DNA from: Paraspadella gotoi
Taxonomy: Eukaryota > Animalia > Chaetognatha
Reading direction: 5' to 3'
NCBI GenBank assembly: GCA_051294375.1
Contig: CM119263.1
Location: forward strand, 5,020,740-5,084,739
DNA length: 64,000 nucleotides
Every line of letters starts with the position of its first letter. Within the stretch, counting starts at the first letter, position 1. Under the pieces are notes generated by a model. It was given only the letters and a program-made list of their open reading frames with translations. It had not been told where the DNA came from and did no database searches. Of this stretch, positions 34,887-48,420 are shown in pieces. Both the position numbers and the translations under genes were made by a program.

Positions 34887-37747
34887 AAGGAGACGATTCG
34901 GGCAACGGGAGAGGCGATATCAATTGGAATAGAAGACGCTATTCCGTCGACGAGAGCCGTTCTCCTGCTCTATTGGTCTAAATCTCCCTTTTCAAAAAAC
35001 GACGCTATATGGCTGAAAGGTTTTTTTTTTTTTTTTTTAACATCGTTCTTTATAGCTTGTATTTTTTTTTTTTTTTACATCGGATTCCTTTATCGCTTGT
35101 AATTCACGACGTCATCGCGTCGCTCATTGGACGAGCGGCGTTCTTGTTTTCTCATTGGTCAGCCGAATAGAATTTTCTCCTCTGATTGGTCGAGATACGA
35201 TTTTGAGAGGGACCGACCGGCGCCCTCGCGACTGCGCTGACCAAAAAAAACTCATTCTTGTGTAAACAAAGCGAAATGAATAAAAAAAAATTGCGGTTTT
35301 CTCTTCTTCTTTTTTTTTTGTTTTTTTTTGTTTTTTTTGTTTTGGTGTTTCGGCTTGGGGCGTTTAGCCTTCAAGGTTATTAATTTAATTAATTGTTTAA
35401 TATTTAATGGAATAGGAAAAAAACCCTGCGAGTTTCGGGCGAGCAAATTAGATAAGTGGATCGTTATCAATTTTTTTTTCCTTTCGCGCAAATGTCAATC
35501 ACGTGACTTTTTTATCATTGAAATTCGGTTCAACGCGCAATTCTCTTTTTCGGAAAGAGAACAGTTGAAATAGCAAGTCTCATTAAAGTAGTATTTTATC
35601 ATTTGCGCAGCACAGCATTCTAATTAAGTATTTTATAGTATTAAAACTTTTTCTTTTAAATTTAAAATTAGCGAATTTTCAAAAATCCTTCACTGACTAA
35701 CAATCTTTTCGTCAATTATCTTTCAAACAATGTTCGACAATTAAATTAAATTAAATTAAATAAAACTAATTAATTTAAATTAAATTAATTAAGTTAAATT
35801 AAGTTATTTAAATTAAATTAAGTTATTTAAATTAAATTAAGTTAATTAAATCAGACATTTAATAAACTGGACTGTGGTGGAGTCTCGATTGAAAGTTTTC
35901 AGGGTCTTGTTAGGTTATTATCTTGTAAGCATGTCCAAAGTGAGGGCCAATTTAGAGTATTTATTGAATGAATGGACTTTAATTTTTCTCTTTATAATAT
36001 ATAAAATATAAAACATGTAAGTGCAATGTTAACCGTCATCTCGTTGACAACAGCATTATTATTTCCCCGTCGTGTTGGTTTCTGATTGGTCGACGGAAAA
36101 ATCTCTGCTTTCGATTGGCCGAGCGAAAGTGTCGGCCCGCCGACTGGATCGAGTTTCCTCTTTCGCTCGAAATTTGAGCTAAAGTTTTGTGGATTCGTTG
36201 TTGTTGTTGTTGTTTTTGTTGTTGTCGTTGTTGTCGTTGTCGTTTTGTTTCTGTAAGGATCGACATCCAAACAGTAATGAGTTATGTCATGAAATGCAAT
36301 GAAATGTCTGAGTCATGTCGTTTTAAATTTAAGTCATTTCTTATCATAATGTTTTGTTTGCTAAATTGACTGAGAGAAAAGAGAAGAGAGAGAGACTGAC
36401 TTTTCATTGCTTATCGGGATGGAGGTAATAAGAAGAAAGGAGAAAGAAAAATTGCNNNNNNNNNNNNNNNNNNNNNNNNNNNNNNNNNNNNNNNNNNNNN
36501 NNNNNNNNNNNNNNNNNNNNNNNNNNNNNNNNNNNNNNNNNNNNNNNNNNNNNNNNNNNNNNNNNNNNNNNNNNNNNNNNNNNNNNNNNNNNNNNNNNNN
36601 NNNNNNNNNNNNNNNNNNNNNNNNNNNNNNNNNCCCCTTTTCACTCTTCCACGCCCACTAGAATGAAATGAAAGCTGCTTATGAAAATTATAAAAGTCAA
36701 TTACAAACAAGGTACCATCATATTGAACATTTAAAAAATTCATTTCATGTTTTTTTTTACTTTTCGCTGTTGCTTATATTCAAATAATACTATCGTTATG
36801 AAATATTAAAATTTCAAAATAAGTTTTTTAAAAATTTTGATGCTAGATTTGGATTCCTTTTCAAAACTTAATATATAAGAAAATAAATATAGTTTTTAAA
36901 AATTATTTAATTAAATGAGTTACAAATTTTAAAAACTATATTTTAAATATAAAAAAATAATTTTGAGCTTAAAATATGGGTTTTTCTGATTTTTGTCAAA
37001 CTTAATGAGAGAATATTTAACAAAGAATAAAGAATAACGAATCTCTCTCCGCAAAAATGAAAAAAAAGCATTTTGAAATGTAAACATTTATAGGGTTAGT
37101 ACTATGAANNNNNNNNNNNNNNNNNNNNNNNNNNNNNNNNNNNNNNNNNNNNNNNNNNNNNNNNNNNNNNNNNNNNNNNNNNNNNNNNNNNNNNNNNNNN
37201 NNNNNNNNNNNNNNNNNNNNNNNNNNNNNNNNNNNNNNNNNNNNNNNNNNNNNNNNNNNNNNNNNNNNNNNNNNNNNNNNNNNNNNNNNNNNNNNNNNNG
37301 GGTTAGTACTATGAATAAATATAGCCTACTGTGTATATATCCTAACGTTTCTTTACATACAACGTTGTTCATTTCTCTCTTTTAGAATTTTAATTAAAGT
37401 TAAATTTAGAAATTTTACTTCGCTTTAACGCTCATTCCACTCGCCACTCACTCTTCCACACCCCACTTTACCCTTCCACATCCCTCAGTTTGATTCGTCT
37501 CTCGGAGTCACGTTCTTTTCTCGTTTTTAATAAACTCCTTCTTGNNNNNNNNNNNNNNNNNNNNNNNNNNNNNNNNNNNNNNNNNNNNNNNNNNNNNNNN
37601 NNNNNNNNNGAGAGAGAAGAGAGAGAAGAGAGAGAGAGAGTAGATGAGTACGAGAGAGCACGAGACCGATGAGAGAAGACGTGCCCTCGCCCTCGCGATA
37701 GCTCACTTTTTTTTCCACAACGAAATCGAATGTGTTTTTTTTCTCAG

Positions 37748-37973
37748 AGAAAAATGGGAGAGGAAAAAAGATGATACTCTGTGGGAGAGATACAGTGTGC
37801 CGTGAATGGAATATGGCGAAATACAACGTGCCGTGGATATGTCGCTAAATCTTGGCCGAATAATATCCGTGACGGAAAATTGTTACAAATTACAATATCC
37901 CGAAAAGAATGCTGAGGCGAGCGCCGCCATCTCGACAACGACAACCACTACTAATACTTCTTTCGCAAGTTAG
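37748..37973 (+). other. Candidate terminal coding exon (duplicate at 45415-45641)
   Basis: Acceptor-like tgtgtttttttctcag, then non-repetitive sequence reading ...YGEIQRAVDMSLNLGRIISVTENCYKLQYPEKNAEASAAISTTTTTTNTSFAS*. Present in both duplicate copies. No homology recognised. Confidence 0.35.
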
Positions 37974-38127
37974 CTGTTGCAATGCGCTGTAATGCTGTAA
38001 TTCTGTTGCAATGCGCTGTAATGCTGTAATGATGTTGCAATGCGCAGTAATCCTGACAAGGAAACGTTTCTATGACAACGTTGGCCAACAAGATACTTCA
38101 AACTTATAGTTATACACTTGAAAGTCT

Positions 38128-38326
38128 CTATGAAATTGGTACAACCAATATAAAAATTATCCATTTATCTAATAAATAAGCTATCTTGCCCCTGACTTTG
38201 GACAGGCTTTGGTGGTTTAAGGCCTCCATCACTCTTACAAGATAATGACATAGCAGGTCCCTGCAAGCTTTCAACCAAGATTCTCTCACAGTCTCGTTTA
38301 TTCACTCCCAGAGTTCCTGGCTTCTC
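38128..38326 (-). other. Candidate coding exon / dispersed repeat (duplicate at ~45795-45992; related to 2575-2726)
   Basis: Combining the two copies gives RSQELWEWINETLRESWLKACRDLLCHYLVRVMEALNHQSLSKVRGKIAYLLDKWIIFILVVPIS*. An alternative open frame is also present. Confidence 0.35.
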
Positions 38327-39499
38327 TATCAATGAAGTGGCATATGAGTATATGAGTAATTGCATGGTGTGAGAAAAACGAGTTAATGAGTGAAAAACGA
38401 ACTTGCTCTTTATTTTTTTATTCCCACACATACATTTTTCCACACATCATTCGTCTTTCCTCTTTTCTCCCCGAACGACGATTTAACCAATTTAAGTCTA
38501 AATATCATATCTGAATAAAAATCTAAATTGAAAAAAAAATCTAACACTAAATCTAAAATGAAACATAAATTTTAAATAAAATCTAAATCCAAATCGAAAT
38601 TGAATTGAGAAAAAATTTTCAAAAATGTTATCAAAAACCGATAAATTTTCTTTTCGGTTTCAAATCTCATAGGGGACTTTTTCTAAGTCTTCAACCTAAT
38701 TTTTCCCAATATTTTTTTTAGCCGATAATTCTCATTCTCTCTCAAAGAATTCTCTCTTTTCTCTCTCTCTCTCCTCTTTCTCTCTGCTCTCGTGCTCGTC
38801 ATCTCTCGGAGAAAATTGCAAACAGGTTTATACGTAACAGTTGCTTATTGAAAACTGCCCTTAAGCTAATTAAGGCCAGGTTCTAGGGTACAATCCGATC
38901 CCTTTAAGAAGGCCAAAGATCGCTGAGATGGAAGGATGCTACAAAACCCGTGATCTAAAGCATGGCCAGGGCAATGGGAAGGCCGAAGGAAATTTTCGGA
39001 GATTCACTAGTCAGTAATTTTCAAGTTCTGAATTTTTTTTCGCATCATGGGAACGGAAATTTGGTCGCTTAAAAACCGAATTACGGTCACGTGAACCTTA
39101 TGCGATGCATATAAATCGAAACGCTCGACTTCGGGTCAGCGTGACACAATTAAGCGAAATATGAAATTGATATCGATTTCGCTTAAGTCGTCGTCGGTCA
39201 GTCGTCGTCGTCGTCGTGGTCCTCTATTCAAGGCGGATTTACCTAATACCAAAAATGCGCGCGCTCCTGTCTTAGTTGCTGTGAATGCATCTCCTCTCTC
39301 TCTCCGTCTCCTCTCTCTCTCTCATCATCTCCTCTCTCTCTTCTTACCACTCTTTGTGCCTTTATTTGCCCTCTGCCTTGATATCTATCCTCTTCTTTTT
39401 TCTTCTCTCCAATTGAGCAGAAGATTTCCCAATAAAGGATCCGCCAGAATGAAAGATAAAGGACGAAATAACGACTTTTCGATGAAGATGCGAGAGACC

Positions 39500-39532
<33 letters not shown>

Positions 39533-42289
39533 GAGAGAGAGAGAGAGAGAGGAGAGATGAGAGAGAGAGAAGAAGAGAGAGAGGAGAGTGCTTCATGATT
39601 AAGACGCCCGATCTCGAAATTGACTCGAACTGAACATTATAAACCACACTAAATTTTGAATGAGCTGAGAATAGAGGGAAGGAGAATATTGGATCAAACG
39701 GCAGAAGAATAATTGGAAATTAAAATACAAAAAGTGAAAGTAATTTGTTTAAGAGACAAAAAACAAAATGAAAAAGAAGAACATCTCCGTTAAGAATCGA
39801 AAAAATAAATATCAAATCACGATTAGGGAAATAAAATAGTATATATATCTGTATATGCAAAACGCCAAAAAAAAATCTAAAAATCTAAGAATCATATTAA
39901 AGTAATGGAAAGGAAACAAATGTTCGAAATCCCACGAGTTAAATTAAGCGCAACACCAAAAAAAAGATTGAACAAAAATGACGGTAGTCTGAAAAATATA
40001 CCGCCCAAAATCGAAGGACAATCTTATTTTTTTTATGATTATGATAGAGCATTTATTAAATGTTTTTTCGTTTTCCAAAGTGGTTTTTTCAATCGCTTTC
40101 CGAGAGAATCCGAGACTATTCGGCTGCTTGTTTACTTTATCAAGGAGCGTGAAGACGTGGCTATCGATGGCTAAAGGGGTGTGGACTCCGGCGCTCAGGG
40201 AGTTACGGGCTTAGAAGACCTCGAATCTCGGTAGTGCTGGGTGAGTCTGCATCGCATTTGGTTCGCTTCGGATTATCGGTTTTCCATTTCATCCGGGCGA
40301 GGAGAGAATATCGGGTCGTCGTCAGTCGGTCGTCGTCATCGAGTCGTCATCGTCGTCGTCATCGTCATTCGATCCGATCACCACTCGTCATTGTTTGTGC
40401 CCGTAGAAGCACGCGTCGACAAGTCGGTCGCTGTATTCCCGTACGCCGTCGTTATTAGCAATGATGCGTACAATAAGAGAAATGACACTTATCCGAACAT
40501 TGGTTAGTCCTAGCTAAAATTATTCCATGAAGATAGCTTATGCAATAAGCGAAACGGTCTTGCCCAATATAATAAGTTTAAGCTAATATTATAAGTATTA
40601 GTAGTTATTTGTAATATATATATAGGATAAAACAATCAAACCATGCGGCTTTTCAATCAAAGCATCCTCACAGGTCTATTTATTCAAAATATTACTTGTC
40701 ATATCAAATGAACCGTGATTTGCCTCAATCAAGTTTATTTTCTCTGAGCTGTTTCCAACTGATGTCAACGGACCAGCTTCCTGATTATGGAAAAGCTCCT
40801 CTCTCTCTGTCCTCTCTCGAGCTCTCTCTTCTCTCTCAATACCTCTGCTCAGTCGTCTCGCGGTCTGTCCTCTCTCTCTCTCGAACAGATAAATATAAAA
40901 ATTAATTCAAATTACTCATATGAGCAAACTATTTTGTCGCCTTACTAGACAGCCCAGACTGTCTTTGGCTCAGGCCGATACTAATTCAAATTTAAGGATT
41001 TAGTCTTGTGGACCCCAGAATTGTTCAAGCTTGCATGTTCAAATATACATATCTCAACGCTTACATCACGGGAGGGCTAAATATTTCTCTTTAGTCAATC
41101 CCGCAGAGTTTCCTCTCTGAGAGCTCCTTTATTTATTTCTCATCTCACTCTCTCTCACGCTCCTCTTCTGACTCTCTCACTCTCAAAGCTTTCTCTATCC
41201 TCGAGAGGAGAAAAAAAATGTGTCGAACTATTCCAAGTCTTAAAGGCAAAGAGAGAGAGGAGGCGAGCGGAATAAAAATTCAGGGAAAATGGGAAGGAGA
41301 AATGATCTGACGTGATTGGCCTTCACAGGGGGGGGGGCAGTGGAAAAAATGGGGTGAGGAGGTGTATGTGTATGAGGAGGGGAAGTGAGGGTGAGGGGAC
41401 GAAGAGAAAAGAAAACTCGTTTTAGAGAGTAAGTCAATGTATAATATGATAGAGAGAAAGAGCACACACGAGACAGACGAGAGAGAGAGGAACGAGAGAA
41501 AGAGAGAGAGAGAGAGTAGAGAAGAGAGAGAGAGGAGGAGAAAAGTAAAAGAGGGGAATCGAATTATCTGTTGGGTGTCTGCTTAAAGAGAAGCGAAAGA
41601 GTGGAGTCTATCTCCTCTCTCTCTCTCTCCTCTCTTCCGTCTCTCTCTCTCCTCTCTCTCTCTCTCCTCTCTCTTCTCTCTTTCCCTTCTCATAGGAGAC
41701 TTGTGACGGACCCTGCCATTTCATGTGTACACAACGCGACACCACGACGACGACGACGACCGAACCAAGAACGCAAAAAAAATCTGAGGATTCTGCATTA
41801 AAAAACCCAAAAAAAAAAGAAAAAAAAGAAAAAGAGAAGAAATGGAGGCAGAAAAGAGTGACTTTGTCGTCTTCATCGGCCGTCGTCAACAATCGTCCGT
41901 TTATCGTCGTGTATCGGGTCGTCTTCATCGTCGTCGTCGCGTCGTCCGATCATCATCATGGTCTTGAAGTCAACGTTGGTCGCCCATCAAGGTCTTTAAT
42001 TCCGGGTTTCCTCAAAAAATATCGATAATCACAATTTTTTTTTACATGCAAAAAGCGTTGCGAGCAATAAAGGGACGACGACGACGATAACGAATGTATG
42101 GCAACGAACGACGACGAAGACGACGATAACGTAAGATGGCAAACGACGACGACAAATCGAAACGAACACACGAACGATAACGAGCTCTGCCACCAAGTGG
42201 GTTAGTTAGTAACACTCATCCTTGCCTAGAGGAGTTGCGTTTGATACAAATGAAAAAAAGCAATGATAAGGATGGGGAAGAGAGAGAGA

Positions 42290-42346
<57 letters not shown>

Positions 42347-43815
42347 AACGATTCCGGGGCAACGAGAGAGGCGATATCTATTTGGAATAAGAAGACGCTA
42401 TTCCGTGACCAGAAGCCGTTCTCCTCTCTGAATTCGGTCTAATCTTCCATTTCAAAAACGATCCTCTATTGGCTGAAAGGTTTTTTTTTTTTTTTTACCA
42501 TCGGATGTCCTTTATCGCTTGTAATTGCGACGGACGTCATCCGTCGCTCATGGACGGAGCGGCGTTCTTGTTTTCTCATTGGTCAGCCGAATATAATTTC
42601 TCCTCTGATGTCGAGATACGAATTTGGAGGTACCGACCGGCGCCCTCGCGACTGCGCTGACCAAAAAAACTCATTCTTGTGTAAACAAAGCGGAAATGAA
42701 ATAAAAAAAAATTGCGGTTTTCTCTTCTTCTTATTTTTTTTTTTTTTCTTTTTTGTTTTTTTTGTTTTGTGTTTCGGCTTGGGGCGTTTAAGCTTCAAGG
42801 TTATTAATTCTAATTAATTGTTTAATATTTTAATGAGAATAGGGAAAAAACCCTGCGAGTTTCGGGCGAAGCAAATTAGAATAAGTGGATCGTTATCAAT
42901 TTTGTTTTTCCTTTCGCTGGCAAAGCAAATCCGTGACTTTTTTATTCATTGAAATTCGTTCAACGCGCGAATTCTCTTTTTTCGGAAAGAAGAAACAAGT
43001 TGTTGAAAAGAATTAGCAAGGGTCCAATTAAAGTGTATTTTATCATTTGCGGACAGCACAGCATTCTAAAATTAAGTATTTTATAGTATTAAAACTTTTT
43101 CTTTAAATTAAAATTAGCGAATTTTCAAAAAATCCTTCACTGACTAACAACTATTTCGTACAATTATCTGTTCCAGACAATGTTTCGACAATAAAATTAA
43201 ATTAAATTAAATAAACACTAATTAATTTAAATTAAATTATAAAGTTAAAATCAAGTTATTTAATGATTAAATTTAGTAAAATTATAAATTAAATTAAGTT
43301 AATTAAATTCAGACATTGTAATTTAATTAGAGTAATTTATTGAATGAATGGACTTGTAATTTTTCTCTTATAATGTAAAATATAAAATAACATGTAGTGC
43401 TGGTTAACCCGTCATCTCGTTGACAACAGCATTATAATGTTTCCCCGTCGTGTTGGTTTCTGATTGGTCCGCGGAAAAACTCTGCTCTCTTTCGATTGGC
43501 CGAGCGAAAGTGTCGGCCCGCCGACTGGATCGAGTTTCCTCTTTCGCTCGAAATTTGAGCTAAAGTTTTGTGGATTCGTTGTGTTGTTGTTGTTTTTTGT
43601 TGTTGTCGTTGTTGTCGTTGTCGTTTTGTTTCTGTAAGGATCGACATCCAAACAGTAATGAGTTATGTCATGAAATGCAATGAAATGTCTGAGTCATTGT
43701 CGTTTTAAATTAAGTCATTTCTTATCATAATGTTTTGTTTGCTAAATTGACTGCAATTTTTTTTCTTTCTCCTTTCTTTCTTTTTATTTACCTCCATCCC
43801 GATACAAGATAAAGT

Positions 43816-43849
<34 letters not shown>

Positions 43850-44444
43850 TCTCTTCTTCCTCTTCTCTCTCTCTCTCCTCTCTTCTCTCTCTCTCTCTCT
43901 TTCCGAGATTCCGCACTGCGTCTCTATCTTTATTTCTTTTTATATGCGAGCGATCGTACGAGTACCAATCGGTCAACCCCTCCCTCTTCTACACCCCAGA
44001 GGCCTTCCCCCTTTTCACTCTTCCACGCCCACTAGAATGAAATGAAAGCTGCTTATGAAAATTATAAAAGTCAATTACAAACAAGGTACCATCATATTGA
44101 ACATTTAAAAAATTCATTTCATGTTTTTTTTTTTACTTTTCGCTGTTGCTTATATTCAAATAATACTATCGTTATGAAATATTAAAATTTCAAAATAAGT
44201 TTTAAAAATTTTGATGCTAGATTTGGATTCCTTTTCAAAACTTAATATATAAGAAAATAAATATAGTTTTTAAAATATATTTTAATTAACTGAGTTACAA
44301 ATTTTAAAAACTATATTTAAATATAAAAAAAATAATTTTGAGCTAAAATATGGGTTTTTTCTGATTTTTTGTGCAAACTTAATGAGAGAATATTTAACAA
44401 AGAATAAAGGAATAACGAATCTCTCTCCGCAAAAAATGAAAAAA

Positions 44445-45048
44445 AAGACATTTTGAAATTAAACATTTATAGGGTTAAGTACTATGAATAAATATAGCCT
44501 ACAGTGTATATATGCCTACTGTCTATATAGCCTAAAAAACATTTTGAAATGTAAACATTTATAGAGTTAGTACTATGAAATAAATATAGCCTACTGTGTA
44601 TATAGCCTACTGTCTATATAGCCTAAAAAAACATTTTGAAATGTAAACATTTATAGAGTTAGTACTATGAATAAATATAGCCTACTGTGTATATAGCCTA
44701 CTGTCTATATAGCCTAAAAAACATTTTGAAATGTAAACATTTATAGGGTTAGTACTATGAATAAATATAGCCTACTGTGTATATAGCCTACTGTCTATAT
44801 AGCCAAAAAACATTTTTGAAATGTAAACATTTATAGAGTTAGTACTATGAATAAATATAGCCTACTGTGTATATAGCCTACTGTCTATATAGCCTCAAAA
44901 AAACATTTTGAAATGTAAACATTTATAGGGTTAGTACTATGAATAAATATACTACTGTGTATTATAGCCTACTGTCTATATAGCCTCAAAAAAGAAATTG
45001 AAGTATAGGGTTAGTACTATGAATAAATATAGCCTACTGTGTATATAT
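44445..45048. repeat. ~90-bp minisatellite, about 6.5 copies (counterpart in copy 1 largely in the N gap 37109-37299)
   Basis: Unit aaaacattttgaaatgtaaacatttatag(a/g)gttagtactatgaataaatatagcctactgtgtatatagcctactgtctatatagcct, starting at ~44541, 44633, 44723 and onward. Confidence 0.95.
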
Positions 45049-45288
45049 CCTAACGTTTCTTTACATACAACGTTGTTCATTTTCTCTCTTTTAGAATTTT
45101 AATTAAAGTTAAATTTAGAAAACTTCGCTTTAACGCGCTCATTCCACTCCCCACTCACTCTCCACACCCCACTTTACCCTTCCACATCCCTCAGTTTTGA
45201 TTCGTCTCTCGAGTCAACGTTCTTTTCTCGTTTTTAATAAACTCCTTCTTGTTTTAATTCCAAAAGAGGAAGAGAGAAAGAGAGAGAG

Positions 45289-45347
<59 letters not shown>

Positions 45348-46504
45348 ACGTGGCTTCGCCTCGCGATGTCACTTTTTTTTCCACAAACGAAATCGAATGT
45401 GTTTTTTTTCTCAGAGAAAAATGGGAGAGGAAAAAAGATGATACTCTGTGGGAGAGATACAGTGTGCCGTGAATGGAATATGGCGAAATACAACGTGCCG
45501 TGGATATGTTCGCTAAATCTTGGCCGAATAATATCCGTGACGGAAAATTGTTACAAATTACAATATTCGAAAAAGAATGCTGAGGCGAGCGCCGCCATCT
45601 CGACAACGACAACCACTACTAATACTTCTTTCGCAAGTTAGCTGTTGCAATGCGCTGTAATGCTGTAATTCTGTTGCAATGCGCTGTAATGCTGTAATGA
45701 TGTTGCAATGCGCAGTAATCCTGACAAGGAAACGTTTCTATGACAACGTTGGCCAAACAAACTTCAAACTTATAGTTATACACTTGAAAGTCTCTATGAA
45801 ATTGTACAAACAATATAAAAATTATCCATTCATCTAATAAATAAGCTATCTTGCCCCTGATTTTGGACAGGCTTGGTGGTTTAAGGCCTCCATCACTCTT
45901 ACACAAGATAATGACATAGCAGGTCCCTGCAAGCTTTCAACCAAGATTCTCTCAACGTCTCGTTTATCCACTCCCAGAGTTCCTGGCTTCTCTATCAATG
46001 AAGTGGCATATGAGTATATGAGTAATTGCATGTGTTGAGAAAAACGAGTTAATGAGTGAAAAACGAACTTGCTTTTATTTTTTTTATTCCCACACATACA
46101 TTTTTCCACACATCATTCGTCTTTCCTCTTTTCTCCCCCGAACGACGATTAAACCAATTTAAGTCTAAATATCATATCTGAATAAAAATCTAAATTGAAA
46201 AAAAAATCTAACACAAATCTAAAATGAAACATAAAATTTTAAATAAAATCTAAATCCAAATCGAAATTGAATTGAGAAAAAATTTAAAAATGTTATCAAA
46301 AACGGATAAATTTTCTTTCCGGTTTAAATCTCATAGGGGACTTTTTCTAAGTCTTCAACCTAATTTTTCCCAATATTTTTTTTAGCCGATAATTCTCATT
46401 CTCTCTCTCTCTTTCTTTCTTTTCTTCTCTCTCTCTCTCTCTCTTCTCTCTCTTCTCTCTCTCTCTCTCTCTTCTCCTCTCTCTCTCTCATCTCTCTCTC
46501 TCTC

Positions 46505-46645
46505 TCTTTTTTTTTCTGTTTTAATTTTAAAATTCGTAACTAATCTCCCGGAAGCGGTTTTTTCCGTCCATCTGTCCGTCTATCTCCGTTTCTCTCTGTC
46601 TCAATCCCCTACTCCTCTCCTCTCTCTCCTCTCTCTTCTTCCTCT

Positions 46646-46684
<39 letters not shown>

Positions 46685-47232
46685 TCCATTAATCTCCCCC
46701 GCTTTTCCATATCCTGCCGTTCAGCGAGAGCGTGCCTCTTGTTTTTGTGTTCCTGCACACGTGAAATGAAATACTAGTTAGGAAGTCGGGCACTTCCGGC
46801 CTAAGCCCGCCTTCCATTGCCACGCCTCTTTTTAACGCCCACCCCCGTAAACGCCCTCAAAACAGCTCCAACTCGGTCACGCCTTCTCTGTTCGCCACTC
46901 CGCACCCTTTTCTCTCCTCTCTCTCCTCCTCCTCCTCTTCCTCTCCCTCTTCCTCCTCCTCTTACTCCTCCTCCCCCACAACTTCCTCCAAGGCTGTCGA
47001 GCTTCGCCTTCGTCATAAGGAGAGAACTTGATGGCGATTTCCGAGAGAATGTCGGACGGTGGGGGGAAGTGATGGGGAGGTGGAGGTGGGAATCTTAATT
47101 ATGTGGAATCTTAAACTGCGTTTTGATAAAAATGTTTAATTTGAGAATATGGGAGATGCTGGTGAATAATTTAAATTTATTTAAAAGAAATGTGGATGGA
47201 AGAATGAAACAATTTTGACTTTTGGAGAAAGT

Positions 47233-47300
<68 letters not shown>

Positions 47301-47788
47301 AAGGAGATGAGAGAGAGAGAGAGAGAGTAACAGAGACGAAATTAATAATCCTTTGAGAATGCGCTATTAAGTTAAACTTCTTTGAAAACATTTCCCGATC
47401 ATTAGAATTTCCATCGGATTATTCTGTCATTACTTTTGTCATTGAGAGATATTTTTCTAATTTTTTACTGCGCCTGTACATGAAAATCTCCCTTTCCTTT
47501 TATATTCTTCCGCCTTTTTTTTTCTTTTTCTTTTATTCTTTCCTTCATTNNNNNNNNNNNNNNNNNNNNNNNNNTCTCTCTTTCTTTCTTTCTCTTTCTT
47601 TCTCTCTCTCTCTCTCTTCTCTCTTCTCTCTCTCTCTCTCTCTCCTCTCTCTCTTCTTTTTTTTTCTGTTTTAATTTTAAATTCGTAACTAATCTCCCGG
47701 AACAGGTTTTTTCCGTCCATCTGTCCGTCTATCTCCGTTCTCTCTGTCTCAATCCCCTACTCCCTCTCTCTCTCTCTCTCTCTCTCTC

Positions 47789-47836
<48 letters not shown>

Positions 47837-48420
47837 GTGATCCATTAATCTCCCCCGCTTTTCCATATCCTGCCGTTCAGCGAGAGCGTGCCTCTGTTTT
47901 TGTGTCTCTGCCAACCGTGAAATGAAATACTAGTATCGAAGTCGCGGCACTTCCGGCCTAAAGCCACGCCTCCATTGCCACGCCTCTTTTTCCACGCCCA
48001 CCCCCGTAAACGCCCTTCAAAACACGCTCCAACCTCGGTCACGCCTTCTCGTTCGCCCCACTCCGCACCCTTTCTCTCCCTCCTCCTCTCCTCCTCCTCC
48101 TCCTCCTTCCTCTCCCTCTTCCTCCTCCTCTTACTCCTCCTCCCCACAACTTCCTCCAAGGCTGTCGAGCTTCGCCTTCGTCATAAGGAGAAAACTTGAT
48201 GGAGGAGATAAAGCATTCCGAGGAAGATTGCGTCGGAGGTTGGGGGGGAGTGAGGGAGGTGGAGGTGGGAATCTTAATTATGTGAATCTTAAACTGCGTT
48301 TTGATAAAAATGTTTAATTTGAGAATATGGGAGATGCTGGTTGAATAATTAAATTTATTTAAAAGAAATGTGGATGGAAGAATGAAACAATTATTTGACT
48401 TTTGGAGAAAGTGACCGGAG
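46505..48420. repeat. Two-copy duplication (46505-47235 and 47655-48420) with a 25-N gap between the copies
   Basis: Both copies run ttttctgttttaatttt..attcgtaactaatctcccggaa ... gactttt ggagaaagtgac. Confidence 0.9.

Larger units (their letters stand above)
17690..46420. repeat. Two-copy tandem segmental duplication (~7.7-kb core unit)
   Basis: Copy 1 ~17690-38740, expanded by the BEL element and a ~6.2-kb segment; copy 2 ~38745-46420. Colinear anchors: 17750/38815, 25850/39620, 27260/41230, 33920/41385, 34900/42350, 36200/43575, 37740/45410, 38700/46360. Confidence 0.9.
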
